Assembly: GCA_038087875.1 (NCBI GenBank)
Contig: CM075982.1
Coordinates: forward strand, 38,750,001-38,814,000
DNA: 64,000 nt
Direction: 5' to 3'
Source of the DNA: Malacoraja senta
Lineage: Eukaryota
A model generated the notes under the pieces. It ran no database searches, was not told the DNA's origin, and saw only the letters and a list, made by a program, of their open reading frames with translations. The position numbers and the translations under genes were made by a program. Of this stretch, positions 1-13,130 are shown in pieces; positions within the stretch are counted from its first letter, which is position 1, and each line of letters starts with the position of its first letter.

Positions 1-859
1 TTCACATTCTGGTACAAATTTACAACTTTATTTTCTTTTTACCTTCATGGTTCAAATATAAACTTTCGAGAATATGGAATTAGTGCTTCGATTTGCTCTC
101 AGGAAATATCTTGGACATTTTTATTTCGCGTAGAATTCAGTGGTTACACAACAATAACTGCAATAATAAATATCCCTGGTTAATGGTTCTTGTTGCTAAA
201 ATTCAGCTTTAAACTCATTAGATTCTTGGTTCTGGAAATCTACAAAAGCCGATTAGAAATGATAGTCCGTGTCCTCGAATTTATTGTGACCGCATGTAGT
301 AGAATCATTAACTATGATTAACACGGTAACAGGACATTTCGGTCTCCGGAGCGCACTGTAATAATGGAAGCTGTTACAATGTGATTATGATTGTGCAATG
401 CATTATTATTGATTGCAGGACCATTAAAGTTCCGAGTTGTGACATGAGTGAGGAGCAGGCGTGATATTTTGGGTTGGGAGATTTTAATTTTGATATTAGA
501 AACTTCAGTCCTGGAAAATGTCACCGATGCTACATTCCTCGCTGTAATCCTTATTCCCATCCGCAGAGATGCCACCCAACATCCCGTCGTTCTCAGGTCT
601 AAATTATAGTTAATATTAACTCACAATTTTAGAGGTACAACAGTTAAAATGAACGACCCCGAGCAACCTTTCTAACTTAATTATCAACGGTGCCCAGGAA
701 TGAACATCAAAAGTAGTCCTGTAGCCAGCGGGAAATCTAAACTAAGAACAGGAAGTGCCTGATAAAATGGAGGTTATGCAGCATCTGTGGGGAGAGGATC
801 AGATGAAACGTTTGATGCAGCGCAGCAATAGATGCGGACACGGGTACAAGTAGCGGTGT

Positions 860-998
860 CCAGGTGAGCGTGAAGAAGGTCCCGACTCCAAACGACACCT
901 CTCCGCGTTCTCCAGAGTTGCTGCCTGACCCGCCGAATTACTCCAGCACTTTGTGTTTGTTATTTTAAATAAACCCTGTATTTGCAGTTCCTTGTTTT
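860..998 (+). mobile_element. Penelope-derived short repeat with decayed hammerhead core
   Basis: gtgaagaaggtcccgactccaaacgac...ctccagagttgctgcctgacccgccgaattactccagcac...tgcagttcct. Same family as 11961-12113. Confidence 0.7.
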
Positions 999-1048
999 TC
1001 CGGGGTGCAGATGGTCGGTAACCGGAGTTATATTTGTCTCTCCCCCAG

Positions 1049-1489
1049 GACCAACACGATGGCAGCAGCAACGGGACCTCTCGCCTGCCGCAGCTCGGGG
1101 CTGTCACCCAGCACTTGTACTCTGCCGCCCCTCCTCTGTCTCACACCCCGAGCTCGGACTTCGGGCCGCCCTACTTTCCTCCTCCGTACCAGCCCCTGGC
1201 CTATACCCAGTCCTCGGATCACTACTCTCACCTAAGCGACCCCTACTCCCTCAACGTGCTGCACCACCACCCGCAGCAGCAGCAGCAGGGCTGGCCGGCG
1301 CGTCAGGGACAGGAGACTGTGCTCTCACACCACCAGCGGGTCAGCGCGGCCGCACACCTCTCGGCGCTGGAACCCCGGCGGGACATCCGCCGCCCAGACA
1401 TCCTCATCCCGGGCCCTCACCACATGGACACGGCGCTGGTGGAAAACCTCAACATGCACGACGCGGTTCACACGATGGAGGAAGTGCAG
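1049..1489 (+). CDS. TFAP2C: Transcription factor AP-2 gamma, coding exon 2 (Pro/Gln-rich activation domain with PY motif)
   Basis: Acceptor tcccccag|GAC, donor CAG|gtaaac. 441 nt, phase 0/0. Translates DQHDGSSNGTSRLPQL...PPYFPPPYQPLAY...ENLNMHDAVHTMEEVQ. QHLYS, LAYxQS, SHHxR and ENLxMHDxxHxMxEVQ match AP-2 gamma better than the other paralogues. Confidence 0.93.
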
Positions 1490-2179
1490 GTAAACTATCT
1501 GCTTAAGTAATGGCCTTTGAAGTATCTATGAGAACATCTGAACAAGATTTTCCGGTTATTCCCGAAAGGGAATCGTTTCAAATTCGCCGATAATTGTTCA
1601 TTGGAACGACTACAGGGCGGCTTCGGTAGAAGGGCTCAGACATTCTCAGCGGAGACGGTTGTAGATTTGTAATGCAAAGATAGTCCTCCGTTAGAACGAG
1701 GGCTGGTTGATTTGGCGATGGCGGTGTGATGAGGATTGAGCGATGGGTCAGAGAGAGTGCTGTTCCCGCTCGGAACACGCATTAAAAAGCTTAGAGCTCC
1801 CACTAAATCAAAGGCAAACGAACCCCTCACAGAGTGAATGAAACGGGTCTCGATGACAAATCGAAAACTAGTTTTACACTAGTTTCAAATCTCTAGTACA
1901 GCAAATTCTAACGTTATCATATGAAGTGTACCAATCTGCCTTTCCAGCGTACAATTTAATACCCATAGCAGCCAATATTAACAGCAGTGGCTTAAATCTA
2001 TTTTGACATAATTGATCATGAAATGACCGTCATCTTCTCGCCTTAAGCCACAATATTTGTTGAATGCTGCTGCTAAATTATTTCTGTGTGTGGAGGCAGG
2101 TGGTTTCACACCTGACTAGGATGTATGGGGATATAATTGTCTGAGGATATATATATATTTTAGCATGAGATGCAACAGT

Positions 2180-2960
2180 TAAACGCGAGGCAGTGACGGC
2201 CTGGAAGTTGTTAAAGGCCGGTGGGCGGGCTGGGAAAAAAGGGGTTTGCTCCGTGCAGGGGAAGGGGGCTGGGCGGAAGGTGGAGCGCACTATTATCACC
2301 CCTCACGTGTGGGGCGTGAGGAGGGCGAGGGTGGTGTGGGAACACTGGGCGGCCTGGTGTCACCCAGTGCTGCGCCAAGTACCCACATTTCTGGCCGCGA
2401 ACGGTCAATTAACAGTACTCACTCCATACTCCATATATATACCCTTTTATTTCTTATTCTTGATGATTTAAATATCAGAACACGATAATATTTCATCTCT
2501 AGATACTCCCCCCCCAACAAATATTTCATCACGTTATTTTCGTGTTACAGATAATCTTTCACAGTTTAGTCCCAAATATATTTGATATTTAAAAAAAATG
2601 TTTTTTTGTTTAAATATCTAGCACGGGTAGGGTGCGCGGGGTGATTGATTTAACCCCCCATCCCCCCTCCCCTAATGTCTGGTCGTTGCGAGTTGTGAGC
2701 GTAAAGGGGAAAGGTTGGATCAGACACAGCCCTCCAGGTTCGGGGGGGGGGGGGGTCGCAACGTGGAGCCGCCCTTTACACGGTGATTTATGTTTATTTA
2801 CAGCACGCCGAGGACCCGAGCATGCTCATACAAGACCAAGGGGTGATCAGGAAAGGTAAGAGTGGCCGCCGCCAGCTTCATTCCAAACTCCAGCCCGGCT
2901 CCGGGCAGGCGGCACCGACCGCCCGTTTAACAACGCTCCAGCTCCACTCATTTCCCCGTT
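2180..2960. promoter_or_regulatory. GC/CpG-rich TE-free intron 2 / exon 3 region (CpG-island-like)
   Basis: GGGCGG boxes near 2224, 2271 and 2347, E-box CACGTG at 2304, and many CpGs in otherwise CpG-poor DNA. Confidence 0.45.
2804..2855 (+). CDS. TFAP2C: AP-2 gamma coding exon 3
   Basis: tttacag|CAC...AAAG|gtaaga. 52 nt, HAEDPSMLIQDQGVIRK(G). Size and the VIRKG end match TFAP2 exon 3. Confidence 0.92.
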
Positions 2961-3147
2961 TGTCAGACAGCGTTAATGAGCAATTCACCACATTGAGGGC
3001 ATCCAGTTTGATTCGGACGGACTGGAATTGCCTTGCTCTGTCCTGGACCTGGTCTGACCATGGCTTGTTTCCTGGAAATCGACGAGCTTTACATTATATT
3101 TAGATTACCATCTTCCCAAAAGATGGTTGAGGACCCTACAGGGGAAG

Positions 3148-3500
3148 AGGTGGCGAAATGGCGCAGGGGGTGGAGCTGCTGCCTCACAGCCCCAGAGTCC
3201 CGGGTTCGGTCCTGACCTGGACTGCTGCCTGTGTGGTGTTTGTATGTTCTCCTTGTGACCGCAAACATTTTTCTCTCCCACAACCCAAATATGAGATATT
3301 GAGACACAAGAGAGGCAAACAAACTGGCGGAGGAACCCAGCGGGTCAGGTAGCATCAGTGGAGGGAAATAGACCGATGAGGTAGGGGATGGAGACTCTTC
3401 TTCAGACTGAAGGGCCCCAACCCTAAAAATGCCCTCTGTCCATTCCTTCCACAGATGCAGCCTGACCTGCTGAGCTCTTCCTGTGATTTTGTTTCCTTTC
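3148..3500. mobile_element. Truncated V-SINE head (+) followed by a Penelope-derived fold-back repeat (about 3300-3495)
   Basis: tRNA-like head with gggttcggtcc B-box-like motif; then cttcttcagactgaagggcccc with inverted arms. Confidence 0.6.
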
Positions 3501-4334
3501 GGTGGAGTGGAGCTCTGCCAGCCCGAATTTGCCTGTTGGAGTCGGGGCTTTGTGCACAGCTTTAGTAGGAGTCTGGTTTGTGTGAGGATCCTGCTTGATT
3601 TTGCTTTAACAGGACGCCGCTGAGAGCAAACCTGGAATAAAAGAAAGGTGTTGAATTTGGCATTTCTGAGTTTCTAATTGTGGCTGGGTGTGTAGAATTA
3701 GTTAATCAATGTTGAAGAGTTTTCACCGTGGTGCAGGAATATGGTAAACTGAGACAATATACTCTCCAGGTAACCAATGGTGAGAGTGTGGCTGTGGGAT
3801 TTTCCTGTTGAAATCTCCAGAAACTGTCAACCAAGTACTTTGCCTTAGTCTTACTAGTCAGAATAGGATAGTATAGTATAATATAGGAATATTGTTGTAA
3901 GATGGTAACAGTGGCTAACTGTGGGTTGACACTTTCAGGGGTAATTTAGTGTGTAATTTAAAAATAATTTAGTGTTGCGGACTAGTTGTAGGACATATCA
4001 AATATGGTTTCAAACTGCCTCTAATCAATTCTTCCTCTCAGTTATTAAACCAATGGATGGATCATTTATACTTCATTTTAGTGTCAGTGTTACGAGGTGG
4101 GAACATGATTCTGTCTACCTGAGCAATAAAATTCTATTATTTTGGAGAAGTTCCAAAATACTTTACAGTTTATGGACCTTGTTTGTTTTCTGAAGTACAG
4201 CAGATTTATGCTGCCACTTTGCAACCTTTGTTTCCTTATTTCTCTGCCTGCGATGGTATTAATGCCTCTTTGAATAGGAGGTAGCACTACTTCGTTAATA
4301 GCATCAATGTTAACTTGTTTATCTAGAATATAAA

Positions 4335-4790
4335 AGTTGGGGCATTATGATACAACTTTATAACGCACTGATTGAGCCACACTTGAGTATTGTATGCACT
4401 TCTGGTCACCACTCTAAAGAACCAATGTGATTGCACTGCAGAGGGTGCAGAGGAGATTCACCAGGATGTTGCCTGGATTGGAGAGCATTAGTTATGAGGA
4501 GTGATTGTGTAGACTGGAGCTATTTTCCCTGGAGTGAGAGGTTGAGGAGTGACCTGATAGAAGCATGTCAGACAATGAGCAACATAAACAGGTAAATAGT
4601 CAAAATATTTTATATATGGGCAGCACAGTGGTGCAGTGGCAGAGTTGCTAAAAGCCATTTAGATAGACATTTACATAGGCAAAGCATGGAAGGATCTAGT
4701 GTTAATGAAGGCAAATAGGATTAATGTAACGGGCACAAATGTCGGCAAGGATGCAGGGGGCCGAAGGACCAGTTTCTGTGCTGGACAGTT
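4335..4790 (+). mobile_element. Degenerate CR1 LINE 3' fragment
   Basis: ccacacttgagtattgtatgcacttctggtcacc...gtgcagaggagattcaccaggatgttgcctgg (RPHLEYCVQFW / VQRRFTR region). Confidence 0.8.
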
Positions 4791-4938
4791 CTATGAGTTT
4801 ATTGTTAGTTTTAGGAACTTCATTAACCTGCTGCTTTCGCTCGGCCCTAAAGAGAAGAGTGAATACAAAGCTGTCACCTGACACAATGCTGATTTGCTTA
4901 CGTGGCAGGTAAAGCAAATCCATCATAATTTTCCTTTA

Positions 4939-5455
4939 ACATAGAAAATAGGTGCAGGAGGAGGCCATTCGGCCCTTCGAGCCAGCACCGCCATTCATTG
5001 CAATCATGGCTGATTGTCCCCAATCAATAACCCGTGCCTGCCTTCTCCCCATATCCCTTGATTCCACTAGCCCCTAGAGCTCTATCTAACTCTCTTAAAT
5101 CCATCCAGTGATTTGGCCTCCACTGCCCTCTGTGGCAGGGAATTCCACAAATTCACAACTCTCTGGGTGAAAAAGTTTTTTCTCACCTCAGTCTTAAATG
5201 GCCTCCCCTTTATTCTAAGACTGTGACCCTTGCTTCTGGACTCGCCCAACATTGGGAACATGTTTCCTGCATCCAGCTTGTCCAGTCCTATTATAATTTT
5301 ATATCTTTCTATAAGATCCCCCTCATCCTTCTAAACTCCAGTGAATTCAAGCCCAGTCTTTTCAATCTTTCCTCATATGACAGTCCTGCCATCCCAGGGA
5401 TCAATCTTGTGAACCTACACTGCACTGCCTCAATCACAAGGATGTCCTTCTTAAA
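4939..5455 (-). mobile_element. CR1 LINE 3' end
   Basis: ORF 5309-5530 KDILVIEAVQCRFTRLIPGMAGLSYEERL; CR1 3' terminus at 4939. Confidence 0.9.
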
Positions 5456-5689
5456 ACTTTGAAAGAGATACCTATAGTTTTCCCCTCCCTGGCTCTCAGT
5501 CTGGTGATGGGTCTCGACCCCAAAGGGCACCCATTCCTTTTCTGTAGAGATGCTGCCTGACCCACTGAGTTACTCCAGCATTTTGTGTCTATCTTCGAAA
5601 GAGGCATCCGCACTAACCCAGGTTAAAGCAAACACCTAGGCACGGAAGAATTCAGAAACCACTGAAGTAAGATCATAAAGGAATTTACA

Positions 5690-6437
5690 TTTTTTTTGAG
5701 GATGTTACAAGTAGAATGGATAAGGGAGAGCCAGTGGATATGGTGTATTGGGTCTTTCAAAAGGCCTTTGACGAATTCCCACACTAGAGATTAGTGTGCA
5801 GAATTATTGAGGGGTAGGGTATTGACATGGATAGAGAACTGGTTGGCAGACAGGAAGCAAAAAGTAGAAATTAACGGGTCCTTTTCAGAATGGCAGGAAG
5901 TGGCTAGTGGGGTGCCGCAAGGCTTGGTGCAGGGACCCAGTTATTTACAATATTAACGATATAGATGAGGGAATTAAATGTGACATCTCCAAGTTTGTGG
6001 ATGACACAAAGCTGGGTGGCAGTGTGAGCTGCGATGAGGATGCTGTGAGGCTGCAGGGTGACTTGAATAGGTTTGGTGAGTGGGCAGATGCATGGCAGAT
6101 GCAGTATAATGTGGATAAACGTGAGGTTATCCACTTTGGTGGCAAGAACAGGAAGGCAGATTATTATCTGAATGGTGTCAGATTAGGAAAAGGAGAGGTG
6201 CAAAGAGACCTGGGTGTCCTTGTACATCAGTCCCTGAAGGTAAGCATGCGGGTACAGCAGGCAGTGAAGAAAACTAATGGTATATTGGCCTTCATTGCAA
6301 GAGGATTTGAGTTTAGGAGTAAGGAGGTCCTACTGTAGTTGTACAGGGCTCTGGTGAGACCGCACCTGGAGTATTGTGTGTAATTTTTGTCTCCTAATTT
6401 GAGGAAGGACATTATTGCTATTGCGGGAGTGCAGTGT
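5690..6437 (+). mobile_element. CR1 LINE reverse transcriptase fragment
   Basis: ORF 5907-6338 IYNINDIDEGIKCDISKFVDDTKLGG; contains frameshifts and stops. Confidence 0.9.
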
Positions 6438-8062
6438 ACTAAAGCAATGGCATTTAGTGTAGATGATTCCTTCCAGATGTGAGACTGGTGATTGTTGCAG
6501 TTGATGCTATTTGCTTTGCACTGAAGATAGTTTAAATGATTGAGAACTTTGTATCATACGAGGTCAGCATCAACCTTTGGTCGGAACCCATTCACAATTT
6601 TGTGTCCCTGTCATGGTTTTTAATTGATCTACAATGAACCAAACAGACCTGCTTAGAAATGCAATGACATTATTTTCATAGGCAGTGTATAATACCATAA
6701 TGCAACCATGTTGCACATTTAGTGGCACTGTCTGGAAGGAATTAACACATTGCGATGCATTTAAAAAATTCCTGGCACCCAGCACAAGTGCAAGCTGCCA
6801 GATCCCACAGATGCGACTTTCTACATTGAGGTATGTTGGATGAGCTGTTGGCAATCATTTGTTCTCCTTTGAATATCAATTACGCTCATATAATTAGTTA
6901 CCTCAGAAGTCAGAGCAGGAGCATAGGCAGTTTGGCAAGTCCGATGTGATCTTAGGACAGGCTGCTGAATGATAATCCTGCTTCTGAACCAGCTGACCCA
7001 CAGCTACCTGCCCGTTCGAGTCTGCATCCTGGTAGAAATCCCGGGGATTAATTTTTCCAGCCCGTACGTGCATTAATGTTTTGCAGGAATGTACTGCTGG
7101 TTTGTGGCTGCTGAGCCAGTATTTTCTAAACTGATTTTTTTTGAAATACTAACAACATTCTTTGAAAACGCTAATATTTGGTGGTTTGAGAATAATTGAT
7201 TCCCACAAGCATCAATCAGTTTCAGTATCTGGCAACTTTTATTACTAGCTAGAAACTTGGGGCATCCTGTACTAATTGCCATCACTGATTTTTGTAATGT
7301 CATTTTTTCCACTCTGCTCTAAACAAATTGCATTGTGGAGCAACCTCCCCCTTGAACTGGTGTGACTGTGACTGCTTGCTTAGTCACGGCAGCATCAATA
7401 CTTTTGATATTTGTTGCCGTCTCTCTCCTCACCACTCAGACTCTTGCACAAACTCTGAATGTTTTCTCTACATCTGACAGATGTGACAGTAAGTCTGTCC
7501 AATACTGAGTGAGCAGTTCTTTGATCCCTGCTGTATCAGTCTGTGCCAGGATCTCCAAAGCTATTAAACTTTGCTTGGATTGAAATCAAAATCATCTCGT
7601 CATGGTAACATGTCCATCAGAGATATATTTCTTGTCGTCAAAGTTTTGCTGTATCCAAATTGAGCAGAATTCCCTGATTATTGCAGGCATCAAGGTTTCC
7701 ATAAAACTGTAATCTCAAATCTTTGTTCTCAGTCTCTTCAAAACGCCACATCACAGAATCTGTGCAGTGATCCTACTCCGTCCGGTCCTCCCATCAACTG
7801 AAACACCTGTTGGAAAACTGTGCTTCCTGCCCTGATTCTGAATGGTAACACTTGCAGCACCCTAGTTCAAAAAGTGTGCAAAGCATTATCTGTAATTAAA
7901 TGTTTGTGGGAACACGCAGTAGAATCCATCTTGGGCTTTGAGAGTTGTGGACCGTTGCGTAATGTGGATCTGTGGCTATATCTACAACACTTGGCAATGC
8001 TAGAATTGTTTGTTTCTCGGATTTGAGGTGTAACATTTTCACGGCTCAGTATGATCCATGAG

Positions 8063-8290
8063 GTGGAAACAAGGAACTGTAGATGCTGGTTTGGACAAAT
8101 GGACACAAAGTGCTGCAGTAACTCAGTGGGTCAGGCAGCATAATTAAACATGGATAAATGACGTTTTGGGTTGGAATCATTCTTCGGACCGCACCCCTCT
8201 TCCATCTGAAGAAGGGTCCCGATCCAGAAAGTGACCTATCCATGTTTTCCAGAGATGTTGCTTGACAGGCTGGGATACTCCAGGATTGTT
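8063..8290. mobile_element. Penelope-derived fold-back repeat (decayed)
   Basis: Inverted arms around ctgaagaagggtcccgatcc at about 8205. Confidence 0.7.
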
Positions 8291-11200
8291 TTCAATTATG
8301 ATCAGTGTTCTTACAGGGGTTATGTTCTGTCAGGCCAGGCAAACCAAGGTTTCCTTCAAGCTGCTGGGATATGGAATGTGTTGGACTGGATTTACTGCCT
8401 TGCTGAATATGATTCAAAGCACTCCCTCAACTTGTCTTAACATGTCACTGAAGATTCGGATGCTTCAGTATTGAACACTCCTTGGTTAGTACCTTGAAGT
8501 AATTGCCTTTGTTCTATTACTCCAGTACCTAATGTCAATGCCCATGCAGTTAGTTTTACCCAGCAGTGGTTGTAGAATCTTGCATTCATAATCTTAAAGG
8601 TTCAGCTTACCTTTACATTTGAATATCTTCTGATGGGGAAATCACTAGCCAAAATCACTGCTTTAAACTTTGTTTGCTTGCGTCGGGCATCGTTGGAGTT
8701 TAACTACTTTGCCATGTGCATTCATTTTAATTGATATCTTTAGGTAGTTCTCAGACACCTGCTTAATGTAACACATTGGAAGTCATCCATACTGACTTTG
8801 ATGACAAAGACTTATTTTTGTCCTTGGTTTATCTTCTCTTGCACAGACTGTTGTTTACCATGGCATTTCTATGCAAAGCTGTTGCTCTTTCTGCATTTCC
8901 ACACCTTCCCAAAGAATGAGGACAGTTTTGTTTCATGAAATACTTCCCTCCCGTAGTTCAATCACACTAGAGTCTTTGCACTTTAGTCTGGTCCTGATGC
9001 TTATCTGCGCTTTCTCTGACATTAATTATCACACTCTCATTCTGTCTCTTCAACGTTGGAAAGTCTTTGAGTTGCATTACAACCCAAAATGTCTCACCAG
9101 CCTTTATCAAGTTTAAATGAGCCACTTGAAGCAGTTTCTTATAAAGTTATACAGCTTGGAATCAGGCCTTTAGGTCCATCATGTCTGTGCTAACCACTAA
9201 GCATCCCTTTGTCACAAACCCTTATGTAGCCATTTAACCCCCCTCATTCCTTTCAATCTTTTAACCTACACGTCCATAGTGTTGGAGTGTTCCTTCTGAA
9301 TTAATGGCATCAAACAAGGTGAAGATTTGCAATAAAAGACGCAAAATGTTGGAGTAACTCAACAGGTCAGGTAGCATCCCTGGAGGACATGGATAGGTGA
9401 TGTTTTGGGTCAGGACTGCTCCAATACTGGTCTTGTTTCATTGACACCATCTGTGTGCATCTCTCAGCCCCCTACCCCCTCCCTCTCTCTAGTAAATGTT
9501 TAAAACAGTCACTACCACTAGGTGTCAATATCTCCTTGAAGAGAGGCATACCCTGTGCTGTACAAAATCAATATTTCACGAGCATACAAAATACCAAGTT
9601 TACACCAAGTTAATACCCAGTGATTAAATTTGCGGAAGTCCACATGTTTACTGTGTTATGGGACCAAATGCAGGGAGAGAGATTTATGGTCTGGCTAACC
9701 AACGCAGTTGTAGCACGGCAAATATTCACCCCATTGAACACTCCTAATGTTACACGTCCCCGCAGTGTGAAAGGACAATCCAGTGTGGTTCAGGATTGAG
9801 TACCTGCGCTCCTGACATGTTTGGGTACCGGACTCTGTGTTTACATTACCTGACCTGTCTCGTATATACACAGCTCTGCCCTGGTCCAGGTTAGTAAAAA
9901 TCATTTCCAGTAGCCCAACAAAGTGGACAGCTTCTGAAAGAGGGAGGTTGGAACAGTGAAGTTGTGTGGACTGTAATTGTTGGGGTGTTCTTTGTGATTG
10001 CAGCACAGACTTTATACTTGAATAAAAGATGGGAAGTTTCCAAGTTAATGATAGTTGGGATCAAATCTGCAATATTGATAACCACTGATTATTAGAGGAT
10101 TCTCTAAGGAAAGGCTAGATTTGGAGTGGATACTTTTTCCCTGGTGAAGAACTCTTCCATATCCAAGCATCCAGCGAAATAGTTAACAACATTTTGTCAG
10201 ACTGCTCTTTCTTTAGAAGTGGCCTTGTTATTCCTTTAAGTGGTGTAACAAGATTGCCAACTCAAAGAGAAATAATGAAAACAAAACAGCCATTTAAAAT
10301 GCCCACACTAATCCATTCCCCATCTGTTCTGATGACGTGTTTCCACTTTGATCTTCCATTATGATCCTATAGTACACTGGACAATGTGATTGTAAGTATT
10401 GTCTTTCTGCTGACTGGATAGCATGCAACAACAAAGCTTTCCACTGTACCTTGTTACACGTGACAATCAATGAAGCTAAAGTAGACCTTGCTAACCAAAG
10501 GCAGGACCGACATTGCTGAACCGTAGCTGTTCTTCTTGAGGTGCAGTTGGGTTGAAACCCTGAACCATTGTAGCAGCTGCAATCTTCATCTACAATGCCG
10601 ACCTCCATCCACAATGTTGACCCCCCCGCCCCTGCTGCTCTCCCGAACTGTCCTGCTCATTGTACTATTACTTTCAGTGCAAAGGTGCAGGACAAACAGA
10701 GAGGATCCTGCACCAAAGAGCAGTGATCTCTGTTATGCTGTTGCTTTTACCCTGTCCAATATGTCATTTACGTAATGAGTCTGATTTTGTGAGACCGAGT
10801 ACCACAGTGTCAGATTTGGGGCTGTCATTTGTGTTTTGACCATATGTCCCTTTCCAAGAACTGGCCAGTGATCGACTCAGCAAGTACAGACCGCAGAGGT
10901 GCACGCTCTATAAATAAACTATGGAATCACATAGACTGGAACTAAGGGAGCCTTTCAGTACATCTGCAAACACACTTTAGTCAGTCCCATTGATATTGCG
11001 TTTAGTATTGGTATTACTGTCGCACGTATCGAGATACAGTTTGAGTGCAATCTGGGCAAATCGTAGCATATATGAGTAGAATCAACCCATTCATGAGGGT
11101 GATCCGACGGGTAGTGCAGAAAGTGAAAGGAAACCGAGTTCAGAAAGGCAAGAGTGCAGGGTTCTGTCCCAGACCCCCTCCGTGTGTCCACTTAAACTCT

Positions 11201-11960
11201 CCATTCACCACATCATAATCTCTAATTACAACTCGGAGACCTTATTTCACAACTTCACCAGCAGCACCCAGCAGCTCTTGGATAGTCCACTTGGTCTGAA
11301 TCTAATAGTTCACAACTTGTCTTAGTCAATCCTTTTTGCACATTTTCTTCTTCCTGCTGTTATCTCCTGAGTTCCCTCTTCTTCCCCACACATGTTGGAT
11401 AACTCCCCATTCCTGGAGTGCTGCTTTTGTAGAGATGTAATCTGTTGAGACGGGTCCCAATACTCCAGGAATCCAAAATGCTCCCTCCTCCAAGCTTCAG
11501 CCACATTGTACTGCCCTCCAATATTCACGACTTTTGACGCTGTTAATCAAACACATTGCTACCTTTTGAGGGCCTGTTTCATGATATCTTGCCCAGCTCC
11601 TGCCATTCTACCTGTATTATTGATCAAACATAGGCCATGAACCCTATCAGCTCATCTAGGACTTTTCTGTACCTTGCCTTGCTGATGATGATGATGGAGT
11701 GGTTGTTGTAGATGTGTTGATTTGCTGTGTTGTATTTATACTTTTGTCTGAGATCATTGTGTTGGGTGAGGTACGCCTTCTGGGTCAGCAGCTCTCGTCT
11801 TGGGTCAGGCTTTAATTCCTAATTAACATCACAAAGCCACTGCTGGTGTGCTGTATACCTTGCAGGCTGAGGCATACTCAGCACAGGTTAACCCTTATGA
11901 GTACTGAATACCTTTGTAACTTACATATTTGTTAACTAGCCAAGCCCTTTGTTTATTGGG

Positions 11961-12113
11961 ACGGGCAGCATCTCTGGAGAGAAGGAATGGGTGACGTTTC
12001 GGGTCGAGACCCTTCTTCAGATTTCAGTCTCGACCCGAAACCAGTCACCCATTCCTTCTCTCCAGAGATGCTGCCTGTCCCGCTGAGTTACTCCAGCATT
12101 TTGCGTCTATTTT
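11961..12113. mobile_element. Penelope-derived hammerhead fold-back insertion with 16-bp TSD
   Basis: TSD ccctttgtttattggg at 11945-11960 and 12114-12129. Intact core on the - strand at 11993-12020. Confidence 0.88.
11993..12020 (-). ncRNA. Minimal type I hammerhead ribozyme core motif
   Basis: Reverse complement reads CTGAAGA A GGGT CTCG ACCC GAAA CGTC. Confidence 0.6.
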
Positions 12114-12824
12114 CCCTTTGTTTATTGGGTCATTGAATATGTGGCATGGAACCCCTGCATCTCATAATACGCCAAATCCTCTCGGGTAAAACGTAAAGTG
12201 CTGGAGTAACTCAGTGGGTTAGGCAGCATCTGTGGAGGGAATGGATAGGCAATGTTTCAGGTCTTCAATGTTTCCTTTCATCATATCTCAGCTTGCTCCA
12301 TTTGGCATTAGGCAGCAAAGCTAAATGTAACAATAAAACAGAAAATGCTGGAAATACTCAGCAGTTCAGGCAGTATCTGTTGAAAGAGAAACATTACAAA
12401 TTCTGAAACCAGAAATTCTGAAACATTAACTGTTTCTCTTTTCACATTCACTGCCTGATCCCAGCATCTGCAGTATTAAAAAAAAAAGGCAACTGGTGAG
12501 ATTTTCAGTTGAAATCTAAACTGTAGGATGAACCTATGATGTAGAAAATCAAGGATGAATCGTTACCTGATCTTATCTGCTATAGACACAAAAGGTCACT
12601 GATTTCCAGGTTACCAGGAATCAAGGGCTGAAGATGCAATCCGTGGACAATGTTTGCAGAATTGCAGGGTAATACTCCCAATGTCTTACTGATCACACTT
12701 TAGCCAAAAGCAACTCTAGAAACAAGACATCATAATGTTTCTCATTGCTGTTTGTGGGGCTTTTCTGAGACTAATAACTTCTGCATTCTCAGCAGTAAGA
12801 ACCGACAAATTGCATTAAGACGGT

Positions 12825-13130
12825 GGAGCAAGAGACTGGAGATGCTGGATTATTGAATAAAAACAAACTGCTGCAGTAACTCAGACTGCATCTGTGGGAG
12901 AAATGAACAGATGACGTTTCAGGATGGGACCCTCCTCCAATCTCCAGCAGTTTGGTTTTCTCACTCACAGATGCTGACTGAACTACTGAGTTTCTGCAGC
13001 AGTTTATTTCGAGCATCAGCAATCGCTCAAAAGAAGGATCCCAACCAGAAACTTCATCTGTCAGTGACCCCCCCCCCCCCTTTTGGATGCTGCCTAACAT
13101 GCTGAATTTCACCAGAAGTTTGTTTTCTAC
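12825..13130. mobile_element. Decayed Penelope-derived fold-back repeats
   Basis: ctggagatgctgga...gtaactcag and gatgctgactgaactactgagtt arms. Confidence 0.55.

Noticed and set aside
1-1048. TFAP2C exon 1 or start codon
   Set aside because: No MLWK.. or MLVH..-type exon with a phase-0 donor was found. The ORF start at 1034 is a TTG inside the pyrimidine tract. Exon 1 probably lies upstream of the window.
982-1506. 174-aa alternative-frame ORF overlapping exon 2
   Set aside because: Expected by chance in GC-rich coding DNA. It starts at a non-ATG codon in a repeat and has no recognisable domain.
4939-6437. Single CR1 insertion with 5' inversion (twin priming)
   Set aside because: The geometry fits, but the roughly 40-nt overlapping segment differs between the pieces like two subfamilies, and no outer TSD is visible.
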